From contig CAKRZE010000013.1 of the NCBI GenBank assembly GCA_934432725.1, positions 6,085 to 70,084 on the forward strand: a stretch of 64,000 bases of DNA, written 5' to 3'. Positions 57,313 through 64,000 of this stretch are shown piece by piece. Below the pieces are notes generated by a model that had not been told where the DNA came from, made no database searches, and worked only from the letters and a program-made list of their open reading frames with translations. Each line of letters starts with the position of its first letter. Positions within the stretch are counted from its first letter, which is position 1. The translations under genes and the position numbers were made by a program. This DNA comes from an uncultured Eubacteriales bacterium (GTDB lineage: Bacteria > Bacillota > Clostridia > Oscillospirales > CAG-272).

Positions 57313-57341
57313 ATTATAATACGAAAATGTGTATTTGTAAA
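57313..57341 (-). promoter_or_regulatory. candidate promoter of cysS with about 245-nt leader
   Basis: On the minus strand: TTTACA, a 17-nt spacer, then TATAAT. Confidence 0.4.
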
Positions 57342-57573
57342 GTGTTTTTCATGGAAAAACCGACGGGACAGATTGCGGCGTGCGAGTCGGCTGCAAATCC
57401 TCTGCTTGTGTTAAATTCATGTAAAGAAAACACAAAATTGAAACAAATGCTTGCAATTTGACTAATATTCTGTTATAATATTCCCCGAAATATTCTCATG
57501 TATCGAAGAGCTGCTTTGGAATTTTCGCAGTAGGACGAAAAAGGTACAGTGTATTTCAGGAAGGAGCATAAAG

Positions 57574-58515
57574 ATGAAATTGAGACGTTTTTACATTGCC
57601 GTGCTGGCATTTATTCTGCTTTGCGGCATGGGGGCGGTATCCGTATCTGCAAGCTATGGCTGCGAATATTTGGGTGATCTGCCGGAAGTTGAGCTTGGAG
57701 TGGATGTGGACGCAGTCAAGGACGATATGTATGAGAATGCACTTTGTCTGGAGCTGAATCGCCAGTATCCCGGGGAAGAGGCATCTCCGAACGGGACGCA
57801 CGGAAAGGCATGGCTGGTTTACTATAACAATAACCTGTATGCATATGTGGAAATCTATGATTCCGACATTGTGACACCGGATGAGGCGATCCAGAAGAGC
57901 GCACCGTGGGAAACGGATTCCGTGGAGATTTTCCTGAACGCGAAAAATTCCGATGACGACAGCGATACCATTCAGCACCGCATTGACGTGACCGGCTGGC
58001 CGAGCATTTATTCTCAGACCGGTATCAATGACTACGGTCCTGCTGCGGTGGGGGACCGCTTTGAATATGCGCAGCGCAGCATCGATGGCGGCTATGCGCT
58101 GGAGTTCGGGTTCATGACGGATTCCAGAACCTTCGGAATCCAGATGCAGATCAATGACAAGACCTCTGACGGAAAGCTGTATCACATCATGTCCTCCAGC
58201 GAATTTGAATCCGAGAGCTGGACTGCAGACCTGTATCCGTGGACATCGGTGAACGGAGAAGGAAAGCAGACAGAGGCTGAAACCGAACCGGAAACAAAGC
58301 CGGAAACTGCGGCTGTGACCGAGGCTGAGACAAAGGCTGAGACGAAAGCCGAAACCAAGGCGGAAACAAAAGCAGCCTCCGCAGAGAGCAATGCGGAAAA
58401 TGAGAACAAAACCGGAGGCATGCCGACGTGGGCGATCGTTCTGATTGCCGTTGCGGTTGTGGCAGCGGTGGCTGTCGGCGTGCTTGTCGCTGTCCGCAAG
58501 AAAAAGAACACCTGA
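57574..58515 (+). CDS. secreted CBM9/DOMON-like carbohydrate-binding protein with C-terminal TM anchor
   Basis: Signal peptide, then ...AWLVYYNNNLYAYVEIYDSDI...WETDSVEIFL (CBM9-like), an (ETKA)n linker and a TM helix followed by RKKKNT. Confidence 0.55.
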   Translation: MKLRRFYIAVLAFILLCGMGAVSVSASYGCEYLGDLPEVELGVDVDAVKDDMYENALCLELNRQYPGEEASPNGTHGKAWLVYYNNNLYAYVEIYDSDIVTPDEAIQKSAPWETDSVEIFLNAKNSDDDSDTIQHRIDVTGWPSIYSQTGINDYGPAAVGDRFEYAQRSIDGGYALEFGFMTDSRTFGIQMQINDKTSDGKLYHIMSSSEFESESWTADLYPWTSVNGEGKQTEAETEPETKPETAAVTEAETKAETKAETKAETKAASAESNAENENKTGGMPTWAIVLIAVAVVAAVAVGVLVAVRKKKNT

Positions 58516-58879
58516 CGTCCGCTTCTGCGCGTGTGCAGCTTCGTGCGCGAACTGCGTTTTTTTGAAACAGAACCGCTTCCGGCGGAACCGAAGGCAAGCG
58601 ATGCCTTGGATGCGGTAATTGGCGCCGGGATGCTTCGGGCAGATTCCGCGGATCAATGATGCCGGGGCTGTAGGGCAGGCTATGTCATTTTTTCTGCTTC
58701 CCGGGCGGGTTTCCCTGCCGGGAGACAGATGGCTTGCGGGGCAGTGTGCGGCAAAGACCGACAGCCCTTCAAAATCTGCGGAAAACGAAACAGAAAATGA
58801 GAATGCGGGAGATATGCTCCGCAAACGAAGCTTTGAAGCAAGCAAAAAAAGCCAGCGAAGCTTTGGAGCAAACAAAAAA

Positions 58880-58915
58880 GCCGGGACACGCTTTGACGGC
58901 GTCCCGGCGCTTTTT
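58880..58915. terminator. bidirectional terminator
   Basis: AAAAAA-GCCGGGAC..GTCCCGGC-GC-TTTTT. Confidence 0.55.
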
Positions 58916-59167
58916 GTATTATGATACAGCTTTCAAATGCAGCCCGTAGACATGGCTGCATCAACACATGTGCCGTCGATACATCGGGCTTGGACGGGGA
59001 GGGAAGCAGTCTCCCGAAAGAGGCCCCGCACTGCAAATTCTTCTATGCGGCAAAAGAGGGCTTGAAGTCCCGCGGTGCGGCGTTTTTCCATGTGCGCAGC
59101 GGTGTGCGGCGTAGAAATATCCGTGCAATCCGGCTTTTTATGTGTGCTTCCGTTGGCTCCGGTGCCT

Positions 59168-61003
59168 TCAGGCTGTAATTCCGATTTTCAGGAGCGGATC
59201 GACAAAGCGCTTGCGATTTTCATTGTACATATCCGTAAACTCCCGGTCATTTCCGGAATGCAGATTCTGAATATAATTATGTTCATTTCCCTTAATCGCA
59301 GAATCGTTTCTGCCTATGACGTACAGCGCAATATTGGAGCATTGGTCACTGATCCGCTCCAGATTGATGAGGTTATCCAGAAAGGCAAGTCCGGTGTTGA
59401 TGGTACAGGCTCCCGATTTCAGCCGTTCCACATGTCTGTCCTTCAGGATTGATACAAGGTCATCAATGACCTCCTCCAGGGGCTCAATCTGCTTGGCGAT
59501 TTCAGAGGAATTTTCACAAAACGACTGCTTGGCAAGACCGATGATCTCTTTGACGGCGGAGGAAATGATAATCAACTCTTTTTGCGCATTTTCGGAGAAT
59601 TTTGTGCTGTTTTTTGCCATTTCATCTGCGTTTTCCGAGAGGTTGACCGCCAGATCGCCGATCCGTTCGAATTCGCCGATGGTCTGCAGCAGATACGTAT
59701 GCGTGGCGTTGTCACTCTCCAGCTCTATCTTTGGAGAAAGTGCCAGCAGATATTCATTTGCGGAATCGGCAATGATATCGAGAAATGCTTCGCGCTCTTC
59801 AATCTGCGCGGAAACCTCCGGACTGTACTGCGTAATCTGACCGGTAACTGCTTCAAAATTCTGCAAGGCGACATCGCCCATATGTCCGACCACATGCTTG
59901 GTCTGTTCCAGCGCAACGGCGGGAGATACAAACAGATGCTCATCCAAAGCACGGATATTTTCTTCGATTTCCGAATCGACCACGGATCTCGGACGGTCCT
60001 TGACGAAGAAGCGGGAGATCTTTTCAAAGAATCCGGCAAACGGGATCATAAGGACCGCATTGATCAGCTTATAGATGGTCTGGAAATCGGCGATTCCGCC
60101 GCTTGTGATGGTATAGGATTCGCTGCGCAGAGCCGGGAACCAGTTAAACGCCTGCGCCAGTAAAAGAAGAGCCATAAAAACGACTGCGCCCACAACATTG
60201 AACAGCACGTGGATGACGCTGATCCGCTTTGCGTCCTCCTTGGTTCCGATGGAGCAGATCAGGGCTGTGACAATGCAGGTGCCGATGGCGGCGCCGATGA
60301 CATACGTATATGCGCAGGTGAAGGATATTTTTCCGGTCTGGCTGACGGTTTGCAGGATACCGACCGATGCCGAGGAGCTTTGTACGATAAAGGTGACGAC
60401 AACGCCGACCAGAAAACCGAGTCCGGGGCTTCCGGAAACCTTTTCAATGACGCTGCTGAAGGCGGGAGAGGAGGAAAGCGGCGTCATGGACTGGGTCATA
60501 TCCAGAAGACCGAAAAACAGGATGCCGAAGCCCATGACGATCATGCCGATGTTTTTTGCGTTCTTGCGTTTGATGAACATAATAAAAATAATGCCGATAA
60601 CTGCAGCAAGCGGCGCAAGCGTTTCCGGTTTGAGAAACTGCATAGCGCCGGTCGCAACGGAATCAACATCAAGAAGGCGTATAATCTGCGCGGTGATCGT
60701 CGTTCCGACGTTCGCACCGAGCACAATGCCGATAGACTGCTTCAGGTTCAGGGCGCCCGCAGCGATCAGACCGGCAACAAGGACAATGGTGGCGGTGGAG
60801 CTTTGAATAATAGCGGTAATGACAACGCCGAGCAGGAAAGAAACAAACGTATTATAGGTGACCTTTTCAAGCGCGCGCTTCAGAGTTGCGGCAGAGGTGT
60901 TTTTCAGACCGTCTCCCATCAGGTCCATACCGTAAAGGAAGAGTGCCAGTCCGCCAAGCAGGGAGATAACCGACAAAATGATGGTTGTATGTTCAGCTGT
61001 CAT
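59168..61003 (-). CDS. Na/Pi cotransporter family protein with PhoU-like C-terminal domains
   Basis: LLGGLALFLYGMDLMGDGLK...IIQSSTATIVL is the NptA-type repeat. The C-terminal half is soluble, helical and PhoU-like. Confidence 0.9.
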   Translation of the reverse strand: MTAEHTTIILSVISLLGGLALFLYGMDLMGDGLKNTSAATLKRALEKVTYNTFVSFLLGVVITAIIQSSTATIVLVAGLIAAGALNLKQSIGIVLGANVGTTITAQIIRLLDVDSVATGAMQFLKPETLAPLAAVIGIIFIMFIKRKNAKNIGMIVMGFGILFFGLLDMTQSMTPLSSSPAFSSVIEKVSGSPGLGFLVGVVVTFIVQSSSASVGILQTVSQTGKISFTCAYTYVIGAAIGTCIVTALICSIGTKEDAKRISVIHVLFNVVGAVVFMALLLLAQAFNWFPALRSESYTITSGGIADFQTIYKLINAVLMIPFAGFFEKISRFFVKDRPRSVVDSEIEENIRALDEHLFVSPAVALEQTKHVVGHMGDVALQNFEAVTGQITQYSPEVSAQIEEREAFLDIIADSANEYLLALSPKIELESDNATHTYLLQTIGEFERIGDLAVNLSENADEMAKNSTKFSENAQKELIIISSAVKEIIGLAKQSFCENSSEIAKQIEPLEEVIDDLVSILKDRHVERLKSGACTINTGLAFLDNLINLERISDQCSNIALYVIGRNDSAIKGNEHNYIQNLHSGNDREFTDMYNENRKRFVDPLLKIGITA

Positions 61004-61668
61004 ATCGTGTCCGACCTTTTTATTTCAATTCTTCAATTCTTTTTCGAAACAATCCCAAGATAAATTATATATTTATTTCTTGAACAAGATTTAAATAAAT
61101 GATGAAATTATATGCAATATTTACACGGATTTTACTTAAATTTTATTTTGTGCCCGAATGAATTGGGGATGGAAAGCAATCTCGGGTGCAGCGGATACGG
61201 GCGGGGGCATGTGCCTGTCGGGAAGCACAGGTACAGATTGGAGGCTGCACCGTCAGATGCGGTCGGGGGAGAAGGGCGGCTGATATGCCTCCGGGGAACC
61301 GAGGGAGAGGAAGGGAGCGTGTGCGGTGACGGACGTCAATGCAGGGAGATGCCGGAAACGGAGCGCGGGAAGGCGGAACGCACAGGGGGCTTCCGGAAAA
61401 TCGAAGCGGCGTACACACGGTCCGGCATTCCTTGCGTGTGAAAAGAGGAACGTAGGCTTTCAATGTACGCTTCTCATCGGTTCCCCCGAAGCCCCGGCTT
61501 GTCTTGGATGCTGCGGCGTTTTTCCCGAAAATGCCTGTGAAAAGAGCGACAATACGTCCCGGAGGACAAAAGAACAGCGGCTTTGACACCGCTGTTCCGT
61601 GTTTCATTGTATGAATCCGATTCCCAGGGAATTCGGGCATTGCGTGCCGAAGCGCAGCCGGCTCCGAA

Positions 61669-62301
61669 TCAATCCTCCGCCGAAAAGGGGACACTGTGTG
61701 CCCTGTCCCAGTCGGACAGAAGGCTGCACAGACGGTCTTCATTTCCGGCTGCGGTCACAAGGAGAACGGAGGGCAGGCTGTATCTGCAGCCCGGTTTCAG
61801 CTCCGGACAATCAGTCCCCACCCGGAGAAGATATCCGCAGGGGGAGCGCCGGAGGCTTATCTTTCCGTCCGTTCGGACAGCAAGCGAACTTTCTTCCGTG
61901 CAGATCCGGTATTCCTCCGCATTACTCCGGACGATTTCGTCCGAAATGATCCGGCATTCGATCCCGTTTGAAAGAAGCCGGGGAAGGCTGCCGCAAAACT
62001 CCATGTCCGGCAGGAAAATCGGCTCCTTGAGACAAAGGCTGTGCTCTCCGCGGTTTTCAAGCGCTGCACAGAGCTTCACCGCCGGATAATCCCGGAAGGT
62101 GAGGATGTCGGCATGCAGGAGCATACCCTCCGGCGTTTCGCCCGTGACCTCAGTGAGCAGAATTGCGGAGTCAACCGCACGGCGGCTGACCGTTCTGTTT
62201 TTCAGTCCGGTCAGTATTCCGCCTGCGGCATCCGGATCGACCGCAAACGCGAGCGTCCGGGCTGCCAGCTTCAGATCCTCTTTTTTTGTAAAGGATGTCA
62301 T
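61669..62301 (-). CDS. hypothetical protein, possibly an N-terminal fragment of a GH36-like paralogue
   Basis: Its start abuts the stop of the upstream GH36 gene. 210 aa with weak resemblance to GH36 N-terminal beta-sandwich regions. It is followed by about 560 bp without coding signal. Confidence 0.4.
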   Translation of the reverse strand: MTSFTKKEDLKLAARTLAFAVDPDAAGGILTGLKNRTVSRRAVDSAILLTEVTGETPEGMLLHADILTFRDYPAVKLCAALENRGEHSLCLKEPIFLPDMEFCGSLPRLLSNGIECRIISDEIVRSNAEEYRICTEESSLAVRTDGKISLRRSPCGYLLRVGTDCPELKPGCRYSLPSVLLVTAAGNEDRLCSLLSDWDRAHSVPFSAED

Positions 62302-64000
62302 TTATTTTGTAACCTTTTTGAAGAACCAGACCGCGCCCTGACGCGGATCGACCTTCTGCGTGAACTCATGAAGCTCTGCGCCGGTCTTGGTATAGGTTTC
62401 GCCCGTCACCGGGTTTTCGGCAATATATTCGCAGTCGGGGCAGAGCGCCAGCTTTGCGGTGAAGGATTCTTCCTCGCAATCACGGTTTCTGATGAAGAGA
62501 ACAAAGCCCTCACCCTTGTCCTGATCGTAGAAATGGACGCAATAGAAGTCCTTGTCGGAGCGTGTGCTCTTCATCTGCGGATAGAATTCAGCGGTCAGCT
62601 CAAGCTCTGCGGCGCGTCTCCAGATCGGGAGCATCTTTCTGCCGATCTCAAACTGGGATTCATCGTCCCAGACGTTTGCGGTGTAGGTGATGGCGGGAGC
62701 AAACGCATTGAAGAAGGTTACTTCATCAATGATGTTGCCGTTATCCCAAGCAAAGGTGTGTGCGCGGAAATACGGCGCCCACTGGAAGAGCTGCTGATGC
62801 TGGTTCTGCTTGATCTTGTGATCGCCCAGACCGTAGTCCGTGTACTGGAAAGGAACGGCGCGGCGGAGCGTCTCCAAATCGTTTCTTCTTCCGCCGGATG
62901 CGCAGGAATCCAGGAAAAGACCGGGGTTGCGCAGAAGCAGAGTGTCCCAATATTTGTAATAGCCCTGAATGCTCAGGTTTTCAAGAGCGCCCAGACGGTC
63001 CGGAGCCTCGTTTTCTCTCCAGTAACGGAAGGGAGCAAAGTTGAAGTCCTGACGGTAGCAGGTGATGTGCCACTTCTTGATCAGGGTGTCAATTCTGTCG
63101 ATCATCCATGCAAGCGCTTCGGGATTTCCGAGGTTGAACAGGCTGTTGTAGTCATAGTTGCCGTCCTCGTTTTTCACGCGCAGCAGGAAATCCGGATGCT
63201 CCGTTTCGATCTCGCTTCCGGCGGTTACGCGCTCCGGCTCAAACCAGACCATCAGGTCGATGTTATGCTTTGCGCATTCCTCTCCGACCGGAGCAAGACC
63301 GTTCGGGAAGCGTGCGGTATCTTCCTTCCAGGTTCCGATTCTCGGCCACTCGCCGTTGCATTTATAGAAGCCTGCGTCAAACCACCACAGGTCGGGCTTG
63401 GTGCCCTTCTTGATGTACTGATTCAGACCGTAGATCTGGCTGTCCTCGGTTGCGCCGGTGAATTCGGGAGACTTATAGTTGAAAACGTGCATGCATGCCT
63501 TTGCCGGAATATTTTCGCCCCACTGCTTCGGCATGACGTGCTTATTGAAGAAGTGTCTCCAGATGTTCATGGAGCGGAGCTGGCAGCTTGTATCCGTGAT
63601 CATGAGGCACATGCGGGGGGTACGCATGGTCTCGCCGGGCAGAATCTTGAAATTGCAGTATTTCTGACCTGCCTGAAGATTGATTCCCATTTCGTTTCTG
63701 CGGAAGGATGCGGACCAGGTGCCGGTCCAGCCGACCGCGCCGGTCAGTACATAATCCTCAAAAACAACGCGGAAGAAGGGGTATGCGCCGTTGCAGCTGG
63801 TTCCGTCATCCACAGGGCTGATGGTGATTCCTTCATGCGTGACGGCATCGTCAAACCACTGATAGCCTTCCACACCGCAGTTATCGCCGTTTCCGTGATG
63901 CAGCACGGGATCGGAGCCGCAGAAATCCGCATCAATTGCGTGGATTTCGGACAGAACCTCGGTGTCTTCTTTACCGTTGTTGGTGAAATACACGGTGTAC
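62302..64000 (-). CDS. alpha-galactosidase (GH36); 5' end outside the window
   Basis: ...DLWWFDAGFY...MVWFEPERV...FLDSCASGGRRNDLE are GH36 catalytic-domain motifs. The reading frame stays open to the right window edge. Confidence 0.8.
   Translation of the reverse strand, partial: YTVYFTNNGKEDTEVLSEIHAIDADFCGSDPVLHHGNGDNCGVEGYQWFDDAVTHEGITISPVDDGTSCNGAYPFFRVVFEDYVLTGAVGWTGTWSASFRRNEMGINLQAGQKYCNFKILPGETMRTPRMCLMITDTSCQLRSMNIWRHFFNKHVMPKQWGENIPAKACMHVFNYKSPEFTGATEDSQIYGLNQYIKKGTKPDLWWFDAGFYKCNGEWPRIGTWKEDTARFPNGLAPVGEECAKHNIDLMVWFEPERVTAGSEIETEHPDFLLRVKNEDGNYDYNSLFNLGNPEALAWMIDRIDTLIKKWHITCYRQDFNFAPFRYWRENEAPDRLGALENLSIQGYYKYWDTLLLRNPGLFLDSCASGGRRNDLETLRRAVPFQYTDYGLGDHKIKQNQHQQLFQWAPYFRAHTFAWDNGNIIDEVTFFNAFAPAITYTANVWDDESQFEIGRKMLPIWRRAAELELTAEFYPQMKSTRSDKDFYCVHFYDQDKGEGFVLFIRNRDCEEESFTAKLALCPDCEYIAENPVTGETYTKTGAELHEFTQKVDPRQGAVWFFKKVTK

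Noticed and set aside
57556-58875. 439-aa ORF on the - strand
   Set aside because: It is antisense to the CBM9-like gene and runs into intergenic DNA. Its sequence is Arg/Cys/Phe-rich nonsense.

Overview
About 55% GC chromosomal segment from a sporulating Firmicute of Clostridia type (spoIIID, ppdK, glgCDA, and pth-mfd next to a truncated glmU). Many long ORFs in the track are antisense shadows of real genes. The core is ordinary housekeeping: a partial beta-helix glycosidase-like gene, spoIIID, glgC-glgD-glgA, a THUMP RNA methyltransferase, a transglutaminase-like lipoprotein, a YnbB-like PLP enzyme, pnuC, a SIMPL protein, a TetR-controlled hydrolase cluster, ppdK, pth, mfd, an EEP nuclease, GNAT, a VanY-like peptidase, a MacB-type ABC fusion, rpsO-pnp, cysS, a Na/Pi transporter and a partial GH36. 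The accessory part lies between tRNA-Ser(GGA) at 28.7 kb and about 45.9 kb. (1) Two tandem small integrative elements (RCR Rep plus tyrosine integrase) are separated by a 63-bp duplicate of the tRNA 3' half. The second copy is degraded by a microhomology/template-switch deletion, yet its Rep gene differs from copy 1 only by synonymous changes. (2) A 3' fragment of a second, AT-richer integrase follows. (3) The most interesting feature is a roughly 10-kb polymorphic-toxin-like locus. It has a Sec-signal 1161-aa protein built on a Big_2/ricin-lectin scaffold with a Cys/His C-terminal tip. Downstream are displaced ('orphan') tips that share a 177-bp recombination handle, which is present three times, and five to six exported or membrane-anchored immunity-like genes. 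Other oddities: glmU lacks its uridyltransferase half and prs is replaced by a 126-bp tandem repeat. There are also two frameshifted genes and several long untranslated leaders that I could not assign to any riboswitch class. All domain calls come from motif recognition by eye, not from searches.
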